NCBI GenBank assembly: GCA_048213135.1
Contig: PS015059.1
Location: 106,231 to 149,374, forward strand
Source: Reclinomonas americana ATCC 50394
Taxonomy: Eukaryota
DNA: 43,144 nt
Reading direction: 5' to 3'
Part shown: piece after piece, positions 1-11,431 of the stretch
Position numbering within the stretch: the first letter of the stretch is position 1
Layout: every line of letters starts with the position of its first letter
Made by a program: the position numbers and the translations under genes
Notes under the pieces: generated by a model
The model's input: the letters and a program-made list of their open reading frames with translations, nothing else
Database searches by the model: none
What the model was told of the DNA's origin: nothing

Positions 1-68
1 CTCACTAATCTTTCTTTCCCTCCCTCTATTCCGTCCCTCTTTCTCTCTCTCTCTCTCTTCTCGCTTTC

Positions 69-278
69 TCTTTCTGACTCAAATGCCAGTCAAACGCTCG
101 CATGGTAGTCGCAAACGACCACCCAAACCCAGCCACGGTGCACTCCCCCAACTCTCTTCTCTCTAATTTCTTTCTCTCTTTCTGACTCAGGCGACAGTCA
201 AACGCTCGCATGGAGTTCGCATACGACCACCCAAACCCAGCCACGGTGCACTCCTCCACCTCTCTCTCCTCTCTAATT

Positions 279-322
<44 letters not shown>

Positions 323-372
323 GTCAGTCAAACGCTCACGACTACCGATCTCCGACCACCCAAAGCCAGCCA
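69..372. repeat. Three degenerate tandem copies of a ~75-80 bp unit separated by CT tracts, probably inside an intron of the NMNAT-like gene
   Basis: The unit tctgactca..cagtcaaacgctcgcatgg..tcgca.acgaccacccaaacccagccacggtgcactcc occurs at ~69-146 and ~178-255, with a partial copy at ~317-372. Confidence 0.85.
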
Positions 373-443
373 TTCTTATCTTTCCCTCCCTCGTCCCCCT
401 CCTCTCTCTCTCTCCCTCCCTCCCTCCCTCTCTCCCAACTCAC

Positions 444-1367
444 CGGCAGCGACCACAATGTGAGACCCTGCATACCACACGCAGTCAGCAGCAGCGAGAA
501 CACGCACAAGCACCTATCGACAACGCACCTTGACGACACTGATGCTGGTCACATACAGCACCTCCAACGGCAAGTCACGGAAAGCTCCACTCAGATAGCT
601 CTGCGACGCGACAGCACGCGTGAGACAGGCAGCCGCACAAGCAACGCACGGACGACGCCTTTCCGCACATGCACGTGCTTGCGAACGTCCTTGAATTCGC
701 GAAAACGATGCTGCCTCGACTCCCACTGATCCACGGCCACCCACTCCGCCACATCCGCATAGTCCGGGTCGTGGAGAATCACCTCCAGCATCTCCACGCG
801 CAACCTGGCCGGCAGTGCAAACCGACCCGCACGACTGTGTGATCGCACGCACGAGTCAGAGCTCCCGATCATCGATCATCACCGTCTCGAGTGTACGCGC
901 GCAACGATTGCACATAGGCATCGCAGCTGGGTGAAATCAGACCGCCAACCACAAGCTTGCCTTCCTTGCTCTCCAGGTGTCGCTTGGCCACACGAAACAT
1001 CTGCGTTGCGCGCGGGCGTGTGAGTTGATTGACTGATAATCCCTCCCTGTCTCTCTCTCTCTCTTCACTCACTCACCTCCAAAATCGTGGCATTGGGCGG
1101 GGAAAACGATCCCGTGGTCAACAAGATGACGGGTTTCGCGCGTGACTGCGCCTTGCCGTCTTCGGCCGCCACTCGCCACTCGTTCTCCAACTCACTCAGC
1201 ACTCCCTGCAGCTTGCTCATGTTGTGGCCTTCAGTCGCAAGTGCCTCACTGGATCTGTGTGTGCGAGAGAGAGCAGGTGAGTGAGTGCGAGGGATCAATG
1301 AGCGTGAGTGTGTGTGTGCTTGTGTGATGATGACTCACAGTGTGCGAAGAGTGCGTGCGCCGCTCAT
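444..1367 (-). CDS. NMNAT-like (cytidylyltransferase fold) protein with degenerate catalytic motifs; multi-exon, 3' end probably beyond the window start
   Basis: Exons 1367-1339, 1254-1077, 1000-906, 834-669, 600-529 and 467-444 splice in frame. They give VILLTTGSFSPPNATILEMFRVAKRHLE..VVGGLISPSCDAY..RVEMLEVIL..WVAVDQWESRQ, which matches the NMNAT pattern GSFNP..GIISPV.DAY..WVEVDxWE. Confidence 0.8.
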
Positions 1368-1768
1368 TGTTGTTGCTGTGGACGAGTTTGTGGAAGGGGG
1401 AGAGGCGAGGGAAGAGGACCCTGCATGGCCGGGCACCGACATCGATGTGGTCGTTTCGTCGTCGGTCGGTGGCCAGACAAGGCAATGGGACAAGCTGACG
1501 ACTTCTACTGATCAAGGAAGCTGGGCGTGGAGCCCTTCTTGTGCCACAGAGGCGAAGGGCGCAAGGCTTCCTCCAACCACGGCGATGGCTGCCACGTCGT
1601 GTTCACTCTTCGAGTTGTCACAAACGCTTACGAACTTCGGCTCTTCATCTTCTGACACCGTTGCGATGTTTAGAGGCCCACGAGTTGGCCAAAGCAGCTC
1701 CTCACGGTCAAGCAATTCAAGTGCCTTGCCACTTATCTGTCGCCCTCCTTGCTCCTTGGCTCATTCAT

Positions 1769-2353
1769 TCACCTCTCGCCATCCGCAGCCGGCCACCGCC
1801 GCTCAATCGCCCGCACCACCTCGCGCACCATGTCGTCCACCGGAACCTCCAGCACATCCACCGCCACTGCATTCTCCTCCTGCTCATCCGGCTCCTCCAG
1901 CGTCGCAAACTGACTCGCCACCAGTGTCGCCGGCATAAAGTGTCCACGCCGCTCCGTCATGCGCCGCTCAATGAGCTCCCGTGATGCGCGCAGGTACACA
2001 AACCGCAGCAACAGCGACGGACACACATCTGCACCACCACCACCGCCGGTCTGTAGTCGCTGCCGGTACACGCGACGCAGTGCGGAGCAGGCGAGAATGG
2101 TGGTGGTCTTGTGCGCAGCAGCAGCAGAGTCGACAAGTGCATCGTGGAGCGCGTCGAGCCACGGCCACCTGTCGTCGTCTTGGAGGGGGATGCCGGCGGC
2201 CATCTTGGCCTTGTTGGCGGGTGGGTGGAAGTCGTCGGCGTCGAGCATGAGTGCGTCACCATAATGTGCGGCGAGTGCGGTGGCCACGGTGGTCTTGCCG
2301 CATCCGCACACACCCATGATGACGTATGCTGTGTCGGGGGAGGCCGGCTGCAT
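1769..2353 (-). CDS. IDNK: Gluconokinase (GntK/IdnK family), single exon
   Basis: Walker A MGVCGCGKTT, DADDFHPPANKAKMAAGIPLQDDDRWPWL, ILACSALRRVYR and HFMPATLVASQFATLEEP are hallmark gluconokinase motifs. Confidence 0.95.
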   Translation of the reverse strand: MQPASPDTAYVIMGVCGCGKTTVATALAAHYGDALMLDADDFHPPANKAKMAAGIPLQDDDRWPWLDALHDALVDSAAAAHKTTTILACSALRRVYRQRLQTGGGGGADVCPSLLLRFVYLRASRELIERRMTERRGHFMPATLVASQFATLEEPDEQEENAVAVDVLEVPVDDMVREVVRAIERRWPAADGER

Positions 2354-3172
2354 TCGTGAGGACGGAGGAGAGAGAGAGTGTGGGACAGAGGTGGTTGCAC
2401 AGAGTCCGCGGGTGGTGTGGCAGCGAGCTTTTGATACAGTGCTAGTGTCGTGGAGTTTCTACAGCGGTCGGCTGCGACAGAGCGTGTGTGGAGTTGTGCA
2501 GACTGCGACGTCGACGTCGATCAACGTCGTGATTTTGATCTGCATCCTTGCCAGAGGCCTTGTTCGTTCGCAATCGTACAACCACGACAGCATACCACCT
2601 TCATCAGAGTTCCATAACTGGAGGAGCTTGCACAGCGGATGAGAAAGCCGAGAAGTCGAAGTCGATCAGTTTTTTTGAGAATTCGATGTTGCTTCGCGTA
2701 CGAGCCCCAACTGTTGGTTATTCTGCAAGTAGAATTCTCGCCCCACCTTTCGCCTACATCCATCTCTTCAGGACCGCGCTGGTGAGGCGCTGAGCTCCGT
2801 GGTCAGTTGCAACATGTACAACGAATTTGAACGCTTTCGACCGCCGCACTCAGAGCCCCAGGCCTGCATACGGCACACGTACGCAGCGTACAGAGTGAGG
2901 CAGAGTACACTCCTCTGTGACGCCGGACCAACATGGGCCAGGAGCTTTCGCCTTCGAATTCAACTTGAGCAATATCGGATGATTTATCGCGCACCCCCTG
3001 CCGTTCCTGCAACCGCGTATCCCCTTCCACCGCATACGACGGTGCACTCCACGACGGCAAGAGGAAAAACAAGATATGGATATTGGGTTGCTCACGTGCG
3101 CGCGCAAAAAAAACGCACTCACAAACCCTCAGCGGAAATCCATTGACACACACGCGCGCGCGCAGCCACACA

Positions 3173-6100
3173 ATGGCCTCGCCATTCAGCGCCACTGTGC
3201 AGCCGCCTTCCACAGCAGCAGCAGCACCACCACCTCCACAACAACAACAACAACAGCAACAAGCAGGGGCGCAAGTGAACGTGCCCGTGTCGGCCATCTT
3301 TGCCCTCACGCACATCGACGAGCCCGTGGAAGCCGAAACAGTGCGTGACGAGGAGGCAGAGAGAGCACGTGCACACTCACTCACTCACTCACTCACTCAC
3401 AGGCGTGGCGCAATGCCTACTCTATGATTGCTCCATTGTTGAGTGGCAAGGGAGCAAGTGTCGCCGATCGCGCGTTGCAGAGCAAGGTGCTGCGTGCACA
3501 CCCGCACACTCCTCTCTCTCACACACACACATTCACTCACTGTGTGCGTGTCCATCAGGCACTGGAGGGTGCCAATCGCGAGGGATTCACCACTGTTGTC
3601 AATGGACTCTTTTATGCAATCATCAGTGGACAGCGACCATTCGATCTCGTTGCGCTGCCATTCACATGCGATTCTACTGCCATTCTACTGCCTGCTTACT
3701 TGCCATCATCATCATCAACAACAACAGGGCTTTGCTGAGCTGACGCTCGTCGACCAGGATCACTTCTCGTTGCTGGTCAAGAACCTCATGTTTCTGGTCA
3801 TTGAGAAGTTTTCGAAATGCAAGCCTGCTGTTCGCGAGGCTGTTGCGTGTCTCTTGACTCTGTCTTTCATGAGAGCGTGTGCTCATCGCCTTCACGCTGC
3901 AGATTCTGCAGCTGTCGCAGCGACTGGTCGAGGTGGCGCCGGTCGAGTTGCCGCACTTGTACATCAATTTGTTCCGCAACTGTGTGACGGGCGACTCGTC
4001 GGCGGCCAATGTGCAACTCGTCGCGCGACTGGTGGGCACCATGTGTGCCGCACAGTTGCGTCACTTGCTTTCGGGTGTTTGTTGCGCGGCGTGCTGACGA
4101 CAGCGTGTGTGTGCAGGGCGTTTCTGTTTAGCGACATGGAACTGATGCGCGTGGTGGTGTACGCGTGTGTGCGCTTCATTCCGGAGCACATGCACATTGC
4201 CAAGGAGGTGTGCCGGCAGGAGATTGAGATTCTAGCCCTGGCGCTCGAGCACAAGGTAGAGTGCATGCTGTGCGCTGTGAATGCATTTCATCGCCCTCAC
4301 GCTTCTCTTCAGCGCGACGATGTGAAGACCATTGGCCGCGACTTTTTCCGCCACTTTTGGTCCATTGTCTCGGTACGTCGCCGTGCGCTGTGCTCAATCC
4401 GCCACTTGCTTCCTCACCACAGCCCGTGTGTGCAGACATTCTCCTCGCAGCCGGCGCTAGAAGAGGAGTATCCCGAGTTCATGCCGATGTACAAGCGCAT
4501 CCCCGAATCATTTCTGAAAGAAGTCTCCGAGACTCCCTCCTCGAAGCGCGTGTTGGCCTCGCGTCTCTCGGTGGAGATGGAGCGCCAGCTGCTGTTTATG
4601 ATGAACAAGGTAGGTCTCTGAAGTGGTGCCTTTATCTCACCTCTTTTCCTCACATTCTCTCTATGTGTGTGTGCAACGCGCAGGTCAACATGGGCTACCA
4701 GGCACGTTATCAGCAATGGTTCCGCCAAAAGTTCCTCACCACCGAGGCTCCCGAGCGACTCGTCATGGACATTATTCGGTGCGCAACGCGTGCAGTTTTT
4801 TCTTTATTCGCTTCTCCTCACGTGTCCCTCGCAGATTCATCATCATGTGCTTCTTCCCCACCAATCAGCAACTCGGCTCGAGTCTCATCAAGCGCTGGGC
4901 CATGATCCGATGGCTTTTTGAGTTCATCTACCAGCGCTTCAAGGGGCGTCAGCTGCACGACCAGAGCCTGGCCGCCCTGCAGTCTCTCTTCCTCGACTGG
5001 ATCTATTTCAATCCGGAGCGCGACAACATTATGCATTTGGGTGCGCTGACGACGGCCTGCTCACCACCATTTGTTCCATGTCGCGTCTCACTCCCTTTCA
5101 CAGAACCCGGCATCCTGGTCATCACGAACACGCTGATGCCGGCCAACGAGCAATTCAAGCTTGCCGAGCACGCGCTCGACTACCTGGTCGACACGTGTGA
5201 ACGAGATGCCAGCTTCCGGCTCAAGGTGTCGCAAGCCATGCGATTGGTGGTGGAGAAGCGCGTCGTACGCTCCCTCAGTGACATCTACCGCTCTCGACTA
5301 CCGGGGGCGCTGCGCGACCGCCTGTACCTCTTGTTCCCCGAGTACTGTGACCCCACGGGCGCGGGGCCTTCGTCTCCGGTCGGCGGCGCATCGTCGTCCG
5401 CCACCCCACCCGCGTCACCCTTCGCGCAAAGTGCGCCACCACCGCCACAACAGCAGCAAGTGTCCCCTGGCGCACCTCCTCCGCCCAATCAGCCGTCGCA
5501 ACCGCCACCCCACACTTCTGCAGCGGCAGCAGCAGCAGCAGCGGCGGCGGCAGCGGCGGCGGCTTCTGGTGCACCTCAGCAGACCACGATGCTGCTCATG
5601 TCGGGATCTCCAATGGTATCGCCGGCTGTGTTGGCATCGGGTGGACCAATGAGTCGGCCGATGCGCACGTCGCCGGTTCCGCAGGGCGGAGCCGCACACT
5701 CGCGAGATCCCTCTCCAGTTGCGTGCACTCGCAGTCTCGCACGTGACGACTGCACGCAGTGTCTGACCATGTGCGATCAGGTCCGGTTAATGGACATGGA
5801 TGGCGCACCTCGTGTTCCCCCTGCCGCTCCGCCAACGCTGAGCGCAACAGGCGCTTCGCCAAGTCCCTCGCCGACTCCACCCTCGCGATCACCGACACTG
5901 AAGCCGCGCAGCTCACCTTCGCCGACTGTGCCGGGCAGGTCACCAACTCTGCGTCCGGCGCCAACCGCCGCCGCACCGTTGGCCCCACTGGCTCCTCTCC
6001 CTTCCTCTGCTCCTCTTGCTGCGCCAGCACTGTCAGTACCGCCGCCACCACCTCCGCCAGCGCCAGCTGCACCGCCTGCACCACCCGCACCACCACCGGT

Positions 6101-9100
6101 GCGCAAACCGAGCGCCGAGGATTTGCAGGCACTGATGAGCAAGGCTGCCAGCGACGAGGATGAGCTTGCCGAGGTTTGTGCATTTGTCAAGAGAAAGAGA
6201 AACTTGTCTCTGTGCGATTGACACGTGATGTCGACGCAGAGTGGCAATTTGGAGGACGACACGGCGGATTTGGAGAATGCTTGGGCGCGCATGAAGGAGA
6301 CATCGGAGACCATGTCGTCCGAGGACGATGACATGGGTGAAGGGTGTGTGTACGCCTTCACGTCCCCTCGTCATCTCCTGTGAATATCCCTTCACCTTTC
6401 ACGTGCGCGCAGTGCATCGGCCGCCTCGTCCTCCGCCAGCAACGGTGGCAGCAGTTTGTACGAGCACGAAGAAGAGTTGCCACGACGCCGGTCGTTTGCC
6501 GCCGCACCCAGTGGCCCCTCCCTCGCCAGCCTGTCCGAATCGGTGCATGTGCTGTCGTTCCGTGCGTTCCCCGAGGGCATTCCGGCCACCCTCTCGGTGT
6601 TTGCGCCGCAGCCGGCAGAGGTTTTCCATTCTTTTTTTGTTCCTGTCCAGACGGCAGTCGCACGCACGCTGACGGTTTGCTGCAGATCCTCGAAGCACTC
6701 TCTTTGCATCCGTACGGATCGTCGTCGTACACGGCCAATGTGGAGTCGGAGGTGCGGCCGGCATTGGAGCGCATGTTTGTGTCATTCCTCTCGATGGTAA
6801 GCGTGTTCGCTACCGTGCGCGCATGTGCTTGTATAGATAAGGATGCTCACATTGCGGTAGTCGGCGGTGGTGTGCACATCCGAGGTGATTTCGGATCTGG
6901 CGCTCTTCTTGGTGCGCTGTGCCAGCCACGAGCTGAACCACGCCGACAAGCTCCTTCGACGCGCGGCCGAGTTCCGTCTCGTGTCATTTCTCGATTTGCT
7001 GTTGAGCGAGGTTGATCGACACTGGGAGGTGCGTCTGGCGCTCGAGATGTCGCGCTGGTTGTCGAGGAGGACTCACCATGCGCACGCACACACGCAGAAC
7101 TCCAAATCCCTCCGTCTGACCGACCTGTACGTTAAGCTGCGTGAGCACGAACCGGCGGTCGGTTACTCGTTCCTGTACTACCTGCTGCGCAAGTACAAGG
7201 CGATTGTGTTGGAGCCCGTGGTGCGCTCGCCGCAGTCGGTCGCATACTGCATCGATGTGTCGTACTCGATTCTGGACGACGAGATCGACGTGGACAAGCT
7301 GGCGCCATACTTTTCCTTTGCCCCCAAGGTCGCAGCGCAGCGTACCGAGGGCCTCTGCCATGATTTGGAGGTGCGTACTGCTCTGTGCGCCATCGGTAGA
7401 TACGTTGTTGACTCAAAGAGTGCGCAGTGCTGTTGTGCCGACGATCTGCAACTGTCGACGGTGCTGGCCAAGTGCATCACCCATCTGGCGGAGGTGCTGG
7501 AGGTGGACCATCACACGGTCCTGTTGTACTCGATCGGGCTGCTGAATCCGCGGCAGATGGATGCGCTGATCACGGATATTGTGGCGCTGCGTTTGATGCC
7601 GTTCTCCAACTTTGAGTTTAAGGATTTTGCCGATATCATAGGTGGGTGCGGGAGGGGGATTAGAAGGGGAAGGGAGGCAGCGAGGAAAGTAGGGAAGTGA
7701 GATAGGGGCAGAGAAATGCGAGCAGTCTCGAAACTCTCGCTGTGCTGCTGACCATGCTTTGTCGCGCCGCAGTACGGAGTGTCGAGCTGGACATGTTTGG
7801 CCAGGAGTGTTTCTGGAAGTGCGTCCACACCTACATGGTCACTGCTGAGGTTCACAAGGAACTGCTGCCGCTGTGGCTGATGGTGGTCGAGCACGCCAAC
7901 TTTGAGTACCGAGGTGAGGCGTGTTGTCATGTTTCACGTCTGGGTTGCGTCACATGCGCACACACGCACACATACAGATCACTCGGTGCTCTACGCCAAT
8001 CTCCTGACCCTCGTCATGCACTCGGAGTTTGCACTGAAGAAGGTGTATGTGGATCGCATGCTGGACGGCTTCCTCCGCCAGTGTGTGCACCTCAACATTC
8101 CGATGGTCGAGGCGGGCGGTGGCGGTCTTACGCAGCCACTGGAGTTTGTCATTGCCCTGCTGTGTCTGTTGATGCAGCCGGGCAGTGCCGCCGGTCGACA
8201 CGTGGTCACCGCGCTCTCGAACGCGCTCGTCGACAAGAAGAACGCCTCCCGCGTACAGTACCTCATCACCATGCTCAAGTACTTGAGAAGGTGGGTGATA
8301 GAAGAAATGGGAGTGGGGTGATTGTGAGTGCCGATCTCCCTTTTGTGATATGCGCAGGCGAGACGACACGGTGTTCCAGGAGGAGAGCATGTCGACAGCA
8401 CTGCAAAAGCTGCAGGTGCGACGGGTGATTGATCAGGAGACGCTGCACTTTTTGTGTCCAGTGGTGGCGGGAGGTGAGTGCGGAGAGGGGCAAGGGGTGG
8501 GGGAATGAGCAAAGAGTGGGTATGAGGAGGGGGTTGAGTGGAGAGGTGGCATAGAAAAGTGGCTTGGCGTAGAATGGAAGGACTCAGCTGCGGAGGTAGC
8601 AAGGGCGTAGAGTTAGACACGAGAGCTGGGAAAGCAAGTGACCTTGCGAAGAACAAGGACATGGCAGTCGTGGCATAGAATGGAAGGACTGAGCTGCCGA
8701 TTACTAGGGAGTAGCAAGTCAGATCGGAAGGTAGAAGGCGAGTGAGCTTGCAAGAGATGCCAGGCGTGGCAACGGAATGGAAGGACTGAACGATTACAAG
8801 GGAGAAAAGAAGTCAGATACGAAGGTAGCAAGGCGCGTGAGACAGGCGTGGCAGCAGTCAATGATTGGAAAGGCGCAGCTGGAAAAATGAGTAAGCTGCC
8901 GATGGATGAGGAGCAACAAACGATGGAGCAGAGTGCAAAGATTGTGCTGGGGCATCGAAGGAGCTGCAATAGTTCGTAGAGTCTGAGTGCCTCTTCACAG
9001 GACGGAAAGGCAAGCGCAACGCGCAAGAGATGGAAGACGAACGTAACGCGTCTGCCGACTCGGATGAAGACGATGGCAACGAATCACCTCCACGAGCAGT

Positions 9101-9224
9101 TGCGCGTACACGCTCTCTATCTCTCTGTTTCTCCAATAGTGCCTCAATCGTTCCCCTCCATCCCCTGCAGGGCGACGACACGGAACGCGAAGAGACGGCG
9201 ACCAAGAGAAGGAAACTGCGGTGA
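3173..9224 (+). CDS. INTS3: Integrator complex subunit 3 (SOSS-A), about 20 exons
   Basis: Spliced product contains IGRDFFR, SRLSVEMERQLLFMMNKVNMGYQARYQQWF, DIIRFIIMCFFPTNQQLGSSLIKRWAMIRWL and [26 protein letters not shown]. It also has a C-terminal domain (PAVGYSFLYYL; ELDMFGQECFWK) and ends in NLS-like KRRKLR. Confidence 0.9.
8545..8860. repeat. Degenerate ~95 bp tandem repeat (about 3 copies) in a long INTS3 intron
   Basis: Core gaatggaaggact recurs at ~8572, ~8678 and ~8775. The motifs gtagcaag, agtcagat..gaaggtag and ggcgtggca also recur. Confidence 0.7.
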
Positions 9225-9310
9225 CTGACCCGGTTAGATCAAGTAGCACAATGAAAAAACGCGAAACCACACAAACAAAAGAGTTGTACAAAGCAAAGAG
9301 GCGCCCCCTT

Positions 9311-10079
9311 TCAGTAGGTGTACACTGCGTAGATTGTGGCGTGGCAGAAGAGCTTCTGATTCATGAAAAAGTCGCTGGCGTACTCGTCCGAGTGTGAGTC
9401 CCAGAAGCATCGCGTGGCCAGACTGTGACGAAATGCAAGGGAGGTGGCAAGTTGAGAAGCTCCATCTTGCAGTGAGACAGGGAAAGAGAGATTACAGAAG
9501 AGCGAGGGGAGGAGGCAGATAGTGGGCAGGAGACAAGAAGATCAGTGGTCTTCTTGCACCAAACAACAACAAGGAATAGTGGACGGGAGACAAGCAGTGA
9601 GACGATCTGTTCGTTCTTCCTTCACGCAAGAAATGAGGCAGCCCTTGTCTCACCGAAACAACGAAAGAACTGTGAGCAAGAGACGAGGCGATGGACGATC
9701 CCTCAGCAAGGGAAAAGAATGAAGCAGTCCTTCTTGTAACACACAAAAGACAGCAAGCGACAGGAAGATCAGCGGTCTTCATCGTGAGGCATTCAGGAAA
9801 CTTCTTGCACCACACAAGGAACCGCGATCTCCTCCTCAGCAGCAGTCCTTGTCTCACCGAACGGACAGAGAAGCACCTTGGGCAGCAGACAACAAGCGGA
9901 ACGAGTCTTCCTCGAGAGTTCACAGCAGTGCGAGCGAACGAAGCCTCTCATCCCAAACACAGAAGACAGGGGACAGTGGTTACGAGACAAGGAGATGAGC
10001 GATCTCTTCAAAAAGAGAGAGTATTCAAGGGTGAGAGAGGAAGCGGAGCGCAGGCGATGGAGAGCAGGAGAACAAGAAG

Positions 10080-10112
<33 letters not shown>

Positions 10113-10725
10113 CCACACAGGAGACAGGGGACAGTGGGCACGAAACAAGGAGATGAGCGATCACTTCAAAGAGAGAGAGAGAGAGAGAGAGAGTACTCAA
10201 GTGCGAGAGAGGAAGCAGAACACAGGCGATGGGGGCAGGAGAACAAGCAGTCTCTCTTTCTCTCTCTCTCTCTCTCTTCCCACTCTCAACCGTCTCCCTC
10301 CTCTCCCTCCCTCCTTCCCACCCCCTCTCTCCCCCCTCTCTCCCCTTTGACTCACCGACATCCCTCTCCACGCTGCTCGCCCAGCAACACATGCACCAGG
10401 ATCTTGTACCGTGAGTTGGCGCCCATCTTCTCTCGCATCTGCGTCAACACAATCAGCAACTCTTACTCTCTCTCTTTGCCTCTCTCAATGCAGACCTTGT
10501 CTCTCAGCTGCTCAGAGATATCTCGCGTCAACTCGCCCGCCTCATCGTTCTTGTACTCGACGTTACTCAGCCGATCGCGCAGTGTCTCTGCAATCACTGC
10601 GCGAGCCTCCTTTGGTCGAAATCTGCAAACACAAACACACACAAAGTGAGCACACAGAGAAAGAGACAGAAGTGTGGGTTTGTAGGTACACACCGCTCGT
10701 CAAACTTGGGCCCGATTGTGCTCAT
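9311..10725 (-). CDS. TCTEX1D2: Tctex1-domain dynein light chain (TCTEX1D2/DYNLT2B-like), 4 exons
   Basis: Spliced product MSTIGPKFDERFRPKEARAVIAETLRDRLSNVEY..ISEQLRDKMREKMGANSRYKILVHVLLGEQRGEGCRLATRCFWDSHSDEYASDFFMNQKLFCHATIYAVYTY*. The GEQRGEG and RCFWD motifs are typical of the family. Confidence 0.9.
9525..10280. repeat. Composite degenerate tandem repeats filling the ~900 bp TCTEX1D2 intron
   Basis: A ~157 bp unit (gacaggggacagtgg..acaaggagatgagcgatc..caggcgatgg..gcaggagaacaag..ctctct) occurs at ~9964 and ~10122. The motifs gaagatcag.ggtcttc and ccttgtctcaccgaa are each present twice in 9530-9860. Confidence 0.75.
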
Positions 10726-11431
10726 TTGCTTTGCGCGCGCGCGAAAAACGGCACTGGTGTTGGTTGGTTTGCGCGGACGATGGAATGGTGGATTTTTTAC
10801 ATAACGCGTCGTGTTGAGACTGGGGCGGCGATCTGTACGTGCGGATGTATGGCATCGAGAGTGCGCAGCGCGGGTGGAGAAGGCTGCAACAAAAGACCCT
10901 GCACTGCACGGCTGCAACGAATTCGAATTCGAATTCGATCCGCAAAGGAAATCGAAGGCATCCAGGTCCGATTGAATTCGGGAACGTGACCAAGTAAACC
11001 TTAGAGCTATGAGTACTGAATGTCGTCCAAGCGTGTGCCCTCGTTTGGCCTCACGTCCAAAGCCTCGAAACCCCTTCCACGAATTCGCAAATTCGACTCC
11101 TTCACGTCGTTGCAGATCTGGCGTACGCACGAGCACATGCAACGGCTTGCAGCCCAACCGCACCTGCAGAGCCTCCGGATCCGGCCGGCGCCCAGTCCAG
11201 TTGCAGAAACGGTTTTCGCAAGTCGTGTCCAGATCGGTCGCCATTGTGCCAGATCGTGCCCCAAACGCGTCTCCAGGATGAGTGCGACGAATGGCGTCAT
11301 AATGTATACGATGCGAGATGTTCTTGTCAGGGGTTTGTCGTGTTTGGCTATCTCCGGGACTTTGGCCAAGAGCTATTTTTGACCCCGATCGCACAATTCA
11401 TTTCACACATCGCCCCCCTTCTACGCGAACC

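Noticed and set aside
69-372. Repeat-spacer pattern as a CRISPR array
   Set aside because: The units are ~78 bp and degenerate, the spacers are CT microsatellites, the context is a eukaryotic intron and there are no cas genes.
1285-1938. 217-aa plus-strand ORF
   Set aside because: It overlaps the NMNAT-like and gluconokinase genes in antisense and has no family motifs.
10739-10746. E2F-like TTTCGCGC sites near several gene starts (also 27694 and 33561)
   Set aside because: The same 8-mer occurs in coding sequence (~1134) of this CG-rich DNA, so it cannot be separated from chance.
10594-11394. 266-aa and 120-aa ORFs in the TCTEX1D2/PPR intergenic region
   Set aside because: No recognisable motifs, non-ATG starts and no typical intron signals; consistent with chance ORFs in a divergent promoter.
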